A stretch of 64,000 bases of DNA from positions 180 through 64,179 of the forward strand of contig JBHPFA010000002.1 in assembly GCA_042572295.1 (NCBI GenBank), read 5' to 3'. The notes under the pieces were generated by a model. That model searched no databases, was not told the DNA's origin, and was given only the letters and a program-made list of their open reading frames with translations. The stretch comes from Nanobdellota archaeon. Its GTDB lineage: Archaea > Nanobdellota > Nanobdellia > Pacearchaeales > JAHJTO01. Each line of letters opens with the position of its first letter. The first letter of the stretch is position 1. The position numbers and the translations under genes were made by a program. Positions 9,497-18,630 of this stretch are shown here, piece by piece.

Positions 9497-10744
9497 ATGG
9501 CGAACTTAAAAAAAACAGAAAATAGTTTTATTAGGGGAGGATTTGGCCTTTTAGTAGCATTTGGATTTTTTAGTTTTGCCAACTTTTTATACCACTTTTT
9601 TACAGCAAGAGTCTTAGGACCAGCAGATTATTCTATTATTGCCTCACTTTTTTCTTTGATTTATTTAATTGCAATAGGGGCCCAGTCTATCCAGACCACA
9701 ATCACAAAATTTGTTTCTGAGTTTAAAGCTAAAAAGGAGTATGGAAAGATTAATTCTCTTTTCAGTAGGTCTCTAAAGAAAATATCATTGTATGCGATAA
9801 TTATTTTTGTAGTCTTTATGATTCTAAGCCCCATAACTTCTTGGTTTTTACACGTACCCTTGACTCCAGTATTAATAACTGGAATATCGGTTATTTTTGC
9901 AATACTGCTTCCAATAAATAGGGGTTTTCTTCAAGGATTGCAAAAGTTTGGGTCCTTGGGAATGAACATGGTTTATGAAGGCCTATTAAAGATCCTAGTA
10001 GTGGTGCTTTTAGTTTATTTAGGATTTAGAGTTAATGGTGCAATGTCTGCAGTTGCAATATCTATAATGGCTGCATTTGTACTGTCATTTATTCCATTAA
10101 AACCTTTAATAACCAAAAAAAGGTCTCCGGTTGATTCAAAAAGATTGTATAAGTATAGTGGGCCAGTGATATTTACTATGCTGAGCATCACCGCCCTGTA
10201 TTCTTTTGATTTACTACTTGTAAAACATTTCTTAAGCCCCTTACAAGCAGGACATTATTCTGCATTATCTTTGCTAGGTAAGATAATCTTCTTTGGAGCA
10301 ACATCTATTGCTTTGATAATGTTTCCAAAAAGCGTAGAATTATTCTCTAAGAAAAAAGAGACCAAGGGAATATTAATGAAGTCTTTAGCCTTTGTGATGA
10401 TAACAGGAACTCTTACAATAGGAATCTACCATCTTTTTTCAGAAGAAATAATAAGTATTCTGTTTGGAGCATCTTATCTCCCAGTAGCCAATTTATTAAG
10501 TCTTTTTGGATTATTCATGCTCTTGCTTTCATTAATTTATATTTTAGCACTCTACAAATTAAGCATAGAAAAGAAAAAGTTTGTAGTGTTATTGGGGGCC
10601 TTTAACATATTAGAAATAGGATTAATTTGGGTATTCCATAATTCTATACTTCAAATATTGATAATGTTGAATATACTTAGCTTCACTCTTCTACTGTTAC
10701 TTTCAATATTTTTATATAAAACGTTTAAGGGGGTCAAAAGATAA
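9497..10744 (+). CDS. MOP-superfamily polysaccharide/oligosaccharide flippase (Wzx-like)
   Basis: 415 aa with about 12 hydrophobic segments. It sits directly after the initiating transferase and before the GT2 genes. Confidence 0.65.
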   Translation: MANLKKTENSFIRGGFGLLVAFGFFSFANFLYHFFTARVLGPADYSIIASLFSLIYLIAIGAQSIQTTITKFVSEFKAKKEYGKINSLFSRSLKKISLYAIIIFVVFMILSPITSWFLHVPLTPVLITGISVIFAILLPINRGFLQGLQKFGSLGMNMVYEGLLKILVVVLLVYLGFRVNGAMSAVAISIMAAFVLSFIPLKPLITKKRSPVDSKRLYKYSGPVIFTMLSITALYSFDLLLVKHFLSPLQAGHYSALSLLGKIIFFGATSIALIMFPKSVELFSKKKETKGILMKSLAFVMITGTLTIGIYHLFSEEIISILFGASYLPVANLLSLFGLFMLLLSLIYILALYKLSIEKKKFVVLLGAFNILEIGLIWVFHNSILQILIMLNILSFTLLLLLSIFLYKTFKGVKR

Positions 10745-10745
10745 A

Positions 10746-11525
10746 ATGAGGATTTCAATAATAATTCCTGCACATAATGAAGAAAAAAGAATAAAGAGAA
10801 CCCTTTTAGAATATGGCAGGTATTTTAGGGTCCTCAAGAACAAAAGATTATTAGATTTTGAAATAATAGTTGTATTAAATGCTTGTACTGATAATACTTT
10901 AAAAGAAGTACAAGGTGTGAAGAAAAAATTTAAAGAGATTAAGATATTAAACTTCAAGCCTGGTGGAAAGGGTTTTGCTATCATTAAAGGATTTAATGAT
11001 GCATTAAAAAGAAAAAATGATCTGATAGGTTTTGTCGACGCAGATATGGCCACAAAACCAAAAGATTTTCACGATTTAATCAAAGGAATCAAAAATTCTG
11101 ATGGAGCTATTGCTAGTAGGTATGTAAAAGGATCTAAAATATGCCCCCAACAGTCTTTGAGTAGGATAATTGCATCTAGAATGTTCAATTTTTTAATAAA
11201 GATCATTTTATTTTTGAACTATAAAGATACTCAATGTGGGGCAAAAATATTTAAGAGAGCAGTTATTAAAAGCTCAATGCCTAAATTAAACATTACAAAA
11301 TGGGCTTTTGATGTCAATCTCCTTTATGTTTGCAAAAGAAATAAATTTGATATAAAGGAATTGCCAACTATCTGGAGTGATAAAGAATATAGTAAACTAA
11401 ATCTTAAAGATTGCGGAATACAGATGTTTTTTTCATTAGTAAGGCTCAGGCTAATTTACTCCCCCTTTAAGGGAATAATCCGCGTTTATGACAACTTAAC
11501 AAGATTTTTAGGAAAAAGTCATTGA
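10746..11525 (+). CDS. GT2 glycosyltransferase, dolichyl-phosphate hexose synthase (Dpm1)-like
   Basis: RISIIIPAHNEEKRIKRTL, VVLNACTDNT and FVDADMATKP (DxD) form the GT-A family 2 pattern. Confidence 0.8.
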   Translation: MRISIIIPAHNEEKRIKRTLLEYGRYFRVLKNKRLLDFEIIVVLNACTDNTLKEVQGVKKKFKEIKILNFKPGGKGFAIIKGFNDALKRKNDLIGFVDADMATKPKDFHDLIKGIKNSDGAIASRYVKGSKICPQQSLSRIIASRMFNFLIKIILFLNYKDTQCGAKIFKRAVIKSSMPKLNITKWAFDVNLLYVCKRNKFDIKELPTIWSDKEYSKLNLKDCGIQMFFSLVRLRLIYSPFKGIIRVYDNLTRFLGKSH

Positions 11526-11535
11526 ATAATAAAAA

Positions 11536-12465
11536 ATGAAAAAAATAAGCTTTTTAATTGCAGCACATAATGAAGAAAAAATTATAGCTGAAACGCTAGA
11601 GAACTTACTTAAAGTGCCTTATAAAAATTATGAAGTGATTATTGGATTGGATGGTTGCACAGATAATACAGAAGAAATTGTAAAAAAATATTCTAAGAAA
11701 TTTAAAAAAATAAAATACTTCAAATTAAACCTAAGAAGAGGAAAACCAGAAGTTATTGATAATATAATAAAAAGGGCTACAGGGGAAATAATCATAATTA
11801 ACGACGCTGATTGGAAATTCAAAGTAGGTAGTAAAAAATTAATGGATAAGTTTATTTCAGTATTTGATAATCCTCAAGTGGGAGGGATTGTAGAATCTTT
11901 CCCAGTAGAATGGGAAAGAAGCAAATTAAACAAAGGAAACATTGGTTATTTAATGGTAGCTTATAGCTCTTACTTCTGGATAAACTTTCAGAAAGAGAAT
12001 CTTACAATTAAAAAGGGGGATCATTGGGTCATCAAAGACCCTTTCATGTTTTTAACAAATATATTCAGGAAAAAATTATATCAAAAAAATTTCTCCTTGG
12101 GAGATGATTTTGAAAGAACTAAGAATATCTTAGAAAAAGGTTATGACTTGGTGATTTTTAAGGATATTAATATGCCTAGAAGAATTGCAGTCTATAATAA
12201 AATTAGAGTTTTAGATATATTCAAACAAAAGATAAGAACAGCTATTGCAAGGAAGCAATTAAATGAGATTTCTCAAACAAAATTGCCTTTTTTGAATTAT
12301 TATATAAAATTAGGAAAGTATATGCTATTTAAATCGTGGAAAGAAGGTTTCAATGTGGGCTTTTTAATTTTACTTTGGATGTTTTTGACAGGTTTAGGAG
12401 AATTAATCTCTAAATTCAAGAAAGGTGATACTAAGAAAGGATGGGAATTGAGGATGAAAAGGTAA
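11536..12465 (+). CDS. GT2 glycosyltransferase
   Basis: ISFLIAAHNEEKIIAETLENLL, GLDGCTDNT and IIINDADWKF, plus a C-terminal TM segment. Confidence 0.7.
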   Translation: MKKISFLIAAHNEEKIIAETLENLLKVPYKNYEVIIGLDGCTDNTEEIVKKYSKKFKKIKYFKLNLRRGKPEVIDNIIKRATGEIIIINDADWKFKVGSKKLMDKFISVFDNPQVGGIVESFPVEWERSKLNKGNIGYLMVAYSSYFWINFQKENLTIKKGDHWVIKDPFMFLTNIFRKKLYQKNFSLGDDFERTKNILEKGYDLVIFKDINMPRRIAVYNKIRVLDIFKQKIRTAIARKQLNEISQTKLPFLNYYIKLGKYMLFKSWKEGFNVGFLILLWMFLTGLGELISKFKKGDTKKGWELRMKR

Positions 12466-12466
12466 A

Positions 12467-13630
12467 ATGAAGAAGATAACTATAATGTATGAGTTTTTAT
12501 CAGAACCGGGGGGTCTTGAAAGAGTATTAAAGTTTCAAGGCAAGGCATTATCTAAGCATGGTTTTGAGGTAATGTATGCTTTTGCATTTGTCGACCCTAA
12601 ATTGAAGAATTATCTGAAGGGGTTTAAAATAATTGAATATTCTCCTTCAATAATCAAAAATGAACCTTTACAAATAATGAGTAGTGTTTTCAAACCTTCC
12701 TCACTAAAACATTTAGAATCAAGCGATTTAATTATAGTTCATTCTTTTCCAGGATCTACTATTGCTAATAGGCTCTTTAGGAAGAAGAATATCCCCTATA
12801 TCCAATATATCCACCACCAACCCCAATTTCTTTACAATTCTAATATTCAATGGGCCAAGAATACTTGGAAAAGAAGAATTGCTTTTTTCTTAGGAAGAAT
12901 ATTTGGAAGATATCTAAGAATGAAAGATAAAAAAGCAGTCAAAGATGCTAAAGAGATATTAGTAAACAGCAATATGGTTAGAAAAATTGTAGGGCAAATC
13001 TATGGTAGAAGAGGAGTTTTATGCTATCCACCAATAGATCCACTATTTATGAAAAAGGTGAAAAATCCTCGTGCTACTCTGAAAAAATATGGGCTTTCTG
13101 AAGATTTCATACTTGCTTCTGGAAGAATAGTGAATCAGAAAAGATTTGATTATTTAATAGATGCTTTTTCATACATACAAAAAGATTTTCCTAAATTAAG
13201 TTTGGTATTTGCAGGAAAAGTTGATAAAAAATATCAAGGATTTTTAGAAAATCTCGCTAAAGAGAAGGGCATTAAGGACATAAAATTCTTGGGTTCCATA
13301 AAATTAAAAGAACTAAAAAATCTTTATTCAAAGGCAAAGATAACTGTATTAACTTGTCCAAAAGAATATTTTGGTTTAGTCCCTCCAGAAGCCATTGCTA
13401 ATGGGTGTCCAGTAATTGCTTGGAGAGATAATTCTGGTCCTCAAGAGACTGTTAAAGAGGGAATTAATGGTTTTTTGGCTAAGCCTTACAGTGCCAAAGA
13501 CTTCGGAGATAAAATGAAAAAGGCTTTAAGGAAAAAATGGAATAAACAAAAAATAAAGAAGAGCATATTAAGATTTTCTGAAAAAAATATTGAAAAAGAT
13601 TTCATAAAAGTAGTTAAAAAAGTATTATGA
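12467..13630 (+). CDS. GT4 (GT-B) glycosyltransferase
   Basis: The C-terminal EYFGLVPPEAIANGCPVIAW is the E-x7-E region typical of GT4 retaining transferases. Confidence 0.8.
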   Translation: MKKITIMYEFLSEPGGLERVLKFQGKALSKHGFEVMYAFAFVDPKLKNYLKGFKIIEYSPSIIKNEPLQIMSSVFKPSSLKHLESSDLIIVHSFPGSTIANRLFRKKNIPYIQYIHHQPQFLYNSNIQWAKNTWKRRIAFFLGRIFGRYLRMKDKKAVKDAKEILVNSNMVRKIVGQIYGRRGVLCYPPIDPLFMKKVKNPRATLKKYGLSEDFILASGRIVNQKRFDYLIDAFSYIQKDFPKLSLVFAGKVDKKYQGFLENLAKEKGIKDIKFLGSIKLKELKNLYSKAKITVLTCPKEYFGLVPPEAIANGCPVIAWRDNSGPQETVKEGINGFLAKPYSAKDFGDKMKKALRKKWNKQKIKKSILRFSEKNIEKDFIKVVKKVL

Positions 13631-13687
13631 CTGAATGTATACTTTCTAAGAGATAGAGTATAACAACATTTTTAAACCATTTTTATT

Positions 13688-15097
13688 TTGATAGAGAGTA
13701 TGAAGATTTTGTTGATAAGTCCTAATTGCAAAAGAAAACTTGGAAAAAGTTTTAGAGTTTCTCCAGTGCTTTATCCCTTGGGTTTGGCATATCTTGCAGC
13801 AGTTTTAAGAAGAGATAAGCAAAAAGTTAAGATTTTAGATGCTGAAGCTTTGAATTTTAAAATGAAGCAAATAATGGACTATGTTGAGAGCTATAGGCCA
13901 GATGTTGTGGGATTTAGTGTAAAGACTCCTGCAGTCTATAATGTTTTTCGCATGGCCAAGAAGATTAAAGAAAAATATCCTCAAATAAAAATCGTTGTTG
14001 GTGGGCCTCATCCGTCTGCTATCCCTGAAGAATCTGCAAAGGAAGAATTTATTGATTTTGTAGTCGTCGGAGAAGGAGAATTAACGATGTTGGAGTTAGT
14101 TAATGAGTTAAATGGTAAAAAGAATTTTAAGAAAATTAATGGGCTGGTTTTTAGAAATAAAAAAAATAAAGTCATAGTTAATAAACCAAGAGAGCAAATA
14201 CATGACCTTGATGCATTGCCCTATCCTGCTTTTGATTTATTGCCCTTAGAGAAATATGTTTCTATAAATAGTAAAGACAAGAAGTTCATAAACATCTTAA
14301 CTTCTAGGGGTTGTCCTGGAAGATGTATTTTTTGTAATAAACGTGTTTTTGGTAATAATTGCCGTATGAGGAGTGCAAAGAATTTAATTCAAGAGATAGA
14401 ATTTTTGATTAAAACCTATGGTTATAAGGAATTCCATATTGTAGATGATTTATTTACAAATGACAGACAAAGAGTAATTGATTTTTGTAATCTGGTTATT
14501 AAAAAGAAGCTAAGAATAAAATGGAAATGTGGTAATGGGGTGAGGGTAGGCACTATTGATTTAGAACTTTTAAGACTCATGAAAAGATCTGGTTGTTATT
14601 CTTTAAGTTATGGCATAGAATCTGGAAATCAAAAAATATTGAATAATTTAAGAAAAGGTCAAACACTGCAACAATGTAAAAATGCTGTAACTTTAACCAA
14701 AAAGGTAGGGATTGATTGTATAGGGTTTTTCATATTTGGAGGTCTTGGAGAAGATAAAAAGACAATGAGAGAAACTCTTAACTTTGCAAAGAGTCTTGAT
14801 TTGGATTTGGCGCAATTTATGATAGTAGTGCCTTATCCTGGAACACTAATTAGAGAAGTTATAGAGCAAGAAGGAAAATTACTTGTAGATAGTTGGGAAA
14901 AATATGATCATCTTGAAGGAAAAGCTATTTTTGAGCATGGGAAACTTAAAGCTAAAGATATGGAAGAAATGCATAAAAAGGCATATAAGGAATTTTATAG
15001 AAGACCCCAATATCTCCTAAAAAAGATTTTTAAGAAAAGAACTTGGAATGAATTTAAAGGTGAATTAAGTGGCTTTTTAGCATTATTAGAGATGTAA
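13688..15097 (+). CDS. B12-binding-domain radical SAM enzyme (class B)
   Basis: An N-terminal Rossmann-like B12-type domain (VGFSVKTPA...VVGGPHPSA) is followed by TSRGCPGRCIFCN (CxxxCxxC). The likely true start is ATG 13700, which lies ~25 nt after a TATA-like CATTTTTAAACC. Confidence 0.8.
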   Translation: MIESMKILLISPNCKRKLGKSFRVSPVLYPLGLAYLAAVLRRDKQKVKILDAEALNFKMKQIMDYVESYRPDVVGFSVKTPAVYNVFRMAKKIKEKYPQIKIVVGGPHPSAIPEESAKEEFIDFVVVGEGELTMLELVNELNGKKNFKKINGLVFRNKKNKVIVNKPREQIHDLDALPYPAFDLLPLEKYVSINSKDKKFINILTSRGCPGRCIFCNKRVFGNNCRMRSAKNLIQEIEFLIKTYGYKEFHIVDDLFTNDRQRVIDFCNLVIKKKLRIKWKCGNGVRVGTIDLELLRLMKRSGCYSLSYGIESGNQKILNNLRKGQTLQQCKNAVTLTKKVGIDCIGFFIFGGLGEDKKTMRETLNFAKSLDLDLAQFMIVVPYPGTLIREVIEQEGKLLVDSWEKYDHLEGKAIFEHGKLKAKDMEEMHKKAYKEFYRRPQYLLKKIFKKRTWNEFKGELSGFLALLEM

Positions 15098-15106
15098 AGT
15101 ATTCTT

Positions 15107-16708
15107 TTAATCCCACTTAAGCTCGTAAATAATTAAAAGTGGTTGTTTTTGTTCTTGGTCTGCAAAAAATGCTTGGACAGGAATTGCTGATTCATTATGG
15201 CGTTGTGGCCAATCATAAGCCCATTGTGGTGTAAATCCTGGTTCAAATGAGGAAATAACTAGATACTTTGGTTTATTCTCATTAATTTCTTCATTAAACT
15301 TGGTTTCATTTTCATTAGAGCCATTTACATAAAAGTCATAGACTTTTCTTTCTGCGTAATATGCATGCTGAGTTATAGAAGCAGTCACTATTGTGTCTTC
15401 TGGTGAAGAATGTTCTTTCATCCATACTCCTGAATCCCTTACAGGGGCATAAGAGTCTATTTTCATTTTTGTAATTCCATCTGCATGCAGGACTTGGTTA
15501 TACATGCCAAGACCCAAGACTAAAAGTATCAAAAGAACAACTATTTTTTTATTTTTCAAAAAATATCCAATGTAATTAGAGGTCGTTATGATCCCTTTAC
15601 TTGTAAAGACAAGCATTGCAGTTAATAATGGAAAAAACCACCTATATTCAAATGATTGAGCCCTTATTAAAAATATGAAGATAATGAAAACTGAAATCAT
15701 TAAAAGGAAATTAAACAAATCTGCTTTCAACTCTAAATCTTCTTTGTCAACTTTACAGTGCATTAATTTCTTTTTGTTTATAAAAAAGTCGACTAGAACC
15801 AATATTAAGCCGATTATAATGAAATAAAACAATATTGAAGGGAGCCAAGGTATAACTGATTGATAAAAACCATGGAATACTGTTAAATTACTCCAAGCGA
15901 GTGGTCTTTGAGTGTTTACATAAAAACTAACTAAAGTCTGCAACCGCTCTGAAAATATGAATGCTAAAACGGCAGCAACACCGAGAGAGACTATAGATAT
16001 TAAATACTTTTTATTGAGAAGGTGTGATTTGTTGATCCATAAAACAAAAAGTATTATTGCTGGAATAAAAGGCATGTTTCCTGGCCTAAAGATTACTGAA
16101 ATTATAGATAATAACGCAATAATTAACAAAGAATATTTTGGTTTAATGAAGAAAGCTTCCTCTTTTTTAAGATAAACTTTGAATAGTAGATAAAATGCTA
16201 AAAACTGAAATATCAAAGCAAAATTCTCAGTATGGAATCTGTTACTATAAAAGACATGTTCCCATAAAACTGTTATTATTGCTGTTGAGATTAATGCAAC
16301 CCTTCTATCCTTATACATTTCTTTTATACATAAGTAAGTTAAAAAAATAACAATCAATGAAGGAATGAATAATGCTATAAAACGTATTACTACTTCATTA
16401 TTTATTCCTAAAATGAAGAATGCAGACATTAGTAAAGGATATCCTGGAAGTCTTATACTCTCTAATTGAAAATCCATGATTCCTGCATAAGATTTTGCTG
16501 AAGACATGTATACTCCTTCATCAAACCATAATGGTTGGTCCCTTGTAATAAAGAAATAATAGAAACGAATTATGAAAGCGAATAAAAATATACCTAGTAA
16601 TGAAAGATTATAGGGATTTTTGAGCCAGTTCTTTATCTTTTCTCCTATCCTTGGAGCTTTAACATTATGAATTTCTTTTTCTTCTATTTTTTTTTCTTCT
16701 TCAGTCAT
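15107..16708 (-). CDS. GT-C fold glycosyltransferase (ArnT/PMT, GT39/GT83-like)
   Basis: 533 aa, polytopic. A first-loop acidic motif (QPLWFDEGVYMSS) and a soluble C-terminal domain match the architecture of polyprenyl-phosphate-sugar dependent transferases. Confidence 0.6.
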   Translation of the reverse strand: MTEEEKKIEEKEIHNVKAPRIGEKIKNWLKNPYNLSLLGIFLFAFIIRFYYFFITRDQPLWFDEGVYMSSAKSYAGIMDFQLESIRLPGYPLLMSAFFILGINNEVVIRFIALFIPSLIVIFLTYLCIKEMYKDRRVALISTAIITVLWEHVFYSNRFHTENFALIFQFLAFYLLFKVYLKKEEAFFIKPKYSLLIIALLSIISVIFRPGNMPFIPAIILFVLWINKSHLLNKKYLISIVSLGVAAVLAFIFSERLQTLVSFYVNTQRPLAWSNLTVFHGFYQSVIPWLPSILFYFIIIGLILVLVDFFINKKKLMHCKVDKEDLELKADLFNFLLMISVFIIFIFLIRAQSFEYRWFFPLLTAMLVFTSKGIITTSNYIGYFLKNKKIVVLLILLVLGLGMYNQVLHADGITKMKIDSYAPVRDSGVWMKEHSSPEDTIVTASITQHAYYAERKVYDFYVNGSNENETKFNEEINENKPKYLVISSFEPGFTPQWAYDWPQRHNESAIPVQAFFADQEQKQPLLIIYELKWD

Positions 16709-18630
16709 TTTGTTGATTCAATACGCTCCCAAGCGTCTTGATAAGTTTTATTCTTTAGCTTGATGTCCCAATGAACATTAACCCACATATATAATCTTGC
16801 AAAAGCTAGTTGCATAGTCCAAAATGCTTCTTTAAGACTTTTGGGATAACTCAATAACCAAATGATTCCTTTAGCTTCATTTGTGAAGTTCTTAACTCTT
16901 GGAGTCGTCTTAGTGTCAACATATTTCTCAAGCGTTTCATGAGCCTTGCTTGTCCTTATCTTTTGAGTTATCCAATCTTTCCAATTACTTACATTTGTAA
17001 CATAAACGTGTGCTTTATCAGAATATCCAATTTTATATCCTCTCTCCCAAAAGGAATAGGGAATTACAGAATCTTCAGCTACATCCAAAGGTATCTGATC
17101 TATTTTGTTCTTTCTAAATGCAAATAAATATCCAGAGCATTCTATGAAAGAATTTGAAGCAGATGCGTTTTTTCTCAGTAGGTGGGCAGCATAAAATAAA
17201 AAGTTCGCCCAGTAACCATACTTTGTTTTCTTATCTTCAACAGGAACAGGCCTTCCAGTAGCAGCTCCAATTTCTGGATCATAAAAAAGATTAACCATCT
17301 CTTCGATAGCGTCTTTATTTATGTAAACATCACCATCTGTCAATATAAGTAAATCAGTTTTCCATTTTTTAAAGAAGAGATTTAATGCATAACTCTTCCC
17401 TTTTCCAGGATCTTTAAAAATTTTCAATCTTTTATCTTTTTTAGCATATTTTCTTGCGATATCCAAAGTTTCTTTATCTGGAGCAGATACCACAATCTCA
17501 TAATTATGGCGTGTTCTTTGATTTAATGCTGATTTTATTGCCCTTTCTATCATTGGCTCTTTGAAAGAAGTGATTAATAATGTAACTTTTTGTGAGAGGT
17601 TTCTATTTATTGCAGTCATAATTTCCTTAACAGATATTTTCTGTATGCTTTTACAATCATGATTGTAACAAGCAACACAACGGGATTTAGCAACAACCTT
17701 TTCTCCTAAACCATACATATCCAATTCTGTAGGAGATGTAGGGCCCACAAAACAAATAGTCTTTCTCTTTAATGCAAGCGCAATATGTAATCCAAGACTA
17801 TCTGAGGTAATAAATAAGCTACACACACTGATCAAAGCAGGAAATTCAATAAGATCATTCCCACATCCAGTGGTTATTATTGGAGATTTTGATAAGCTCA
17901 TGATTTCTTTATTCCTTTCAATCTCTGCAGGACCTCCAAAAAGAAGAATTTTTGCTTTGTATTTTTTATATAACATATCTATCAGCACAGCTGTCTTTTT
18001 TGCTGAAAGGGCTTTTGGCCACCTATCTGCAGCACCAGTATTCATCCCAATAATAAGCTCGGATCTAGAAAGATTATGTCTTCTTAGAAAGTCTTTAGCA
18101 AAATCTCTTTGGCCTTTTGTCAATCTCAAAAAAGGTTCATATTTTTTAGAATCAACTCCCACTATCTCTGACATTATCTGCTTATGGGTCTTCTTATTCT
18201 TCTTTTTTAGAAGATCATTTTGAGGTTTCGGACCTATAGCAGACATATTATACCACTCTTTTGCTGTAATGGTTGGTAAAACATGTTCATCTTTGATAGT
18301 AAAACCAATAAGCTCTTTAGTATTTAGAGAATTTGCAAACTTTGTGTTTTCTTTATCTTCTTCAAGGTTTATTACGAGATCAAAAGAATGTTTTTGCAGT
18401 TTCTGCCTGTTATCCTGATCAAAAACTTCTGTTACATAAGGATTATTTGTGAATAATGGCTTGACTTTTCTATCTGTAAACCAAAAGATCTTTGGATTTT
18501 GAGAGCTATATTTTTCTTTTAAAGCTTGGGCAATAAAAGTAGTCCTCAATACATCCCCCATAGCCCCTACCTTTATTATTAAGATCCTCATATATTGGAA
18601 GGGCTTATAGAGATTTATAAACTTTCTCAA
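16705..18630 (-). CDS. Fusion protein: GT9 heptosyltransferase-family domain + GT2 domain
   Basis: The N-terminal ~340 aa carry MRILIIKVGAMGDVLRTTFIAQALKEKY and FITSDSLGLHIALAL, the GT9 ADP-heptose:LPS heptosyltransferase pattern. The C-terminal ~290 aa carry VTLLITSFKEPMIERAIKSALNQ and LILTDGDVYI (GT2). Confidence 0.75.
   Translation of the reverse strand: MRKFINLYKPFQYMRILIIKVGAMGDVLRTTFIAQALKEKYSSQNPKIFWFTDRKVKPLFTNNPYVTEVFDQDNRQKLQKHSFDLVINLEEDKENTKFANSLNTKELIGFTIKDEHVLPTITAKEWYNMSAIGPKPQNDLLKKKNKKTHKQIMSEIVGVDSKKYEPFLRLTKGQRDFAKDFLRRHNLSRSELIIGMNTGAADRWPKALSAKKTAVLIDMLYKKYKAKILLFGGPAEIERNKEIMSLSKSPIITTGCGNDLIEFPALISVCSLFITSDSLGLHIALALKRKTICFVGPTSPTELDMYGLGEKVVAKSRCVACYNHDCKSIQKISVKEIMTAINRNLSQKVTLLITSFKEPMIERAIKSALNQRTRHNYEIVVSAPDKETLDIARKYAKKDKRLKIFKDPGKGKSYALNLFFKKWKTDLLILTDGDVYINKDAIEEMVNLFYDPEIGAATGRPVPVEDKKTKYGYWANFLFYAAHLLRKNASASNSFIECSGYLFAFRKNKIDQIPLDVAEDSVIPYSFWERGYKIGYSDKAHVYVTNVSNWKDWITQKIRTSKAHETLEKYVDTKTTPRVKNFTNEAKGIIWLLSYPKSLKEAFWTMQLAFARLYMWVNVHWDIKLKNKTYQDAWERIESTK

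Noticed and set aside
11031-11048. An 18-nt exact repeat, TTTGTCGACGCAGATATG, at 11031-11048 and 30833-30850.
   Set aside because: Both copies encode the same FVDADM (DxD) catalytic motif in paralogous GT2 genes in frame. This is conserved coding sequence, not a mobile-element or recombination repeat.
10712-11053. Antisense or alternate-frame ORFs inside glycosyltransferase, rSAM and other island genes: 10712-11053, 11628-11822, 15957-16175, 16939-17127, 17870-18223, 18960-19187, 19477-19710, 19944-20252, 24175-24357, 24611-24934, 26071-26259, 28570-28917, 29248-29466, 30547-30861, 31180-31365, 40997-41293, 42168-42490, 44828-45037, 45438-45686, 52010-52300, 52830-53036, 53927-54145, 54823-55056.
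   Set aside because: Each is nested in or antisense to a longer ORF that carries clear family motifs. None has a recognisable motif or its own TATA-like box.
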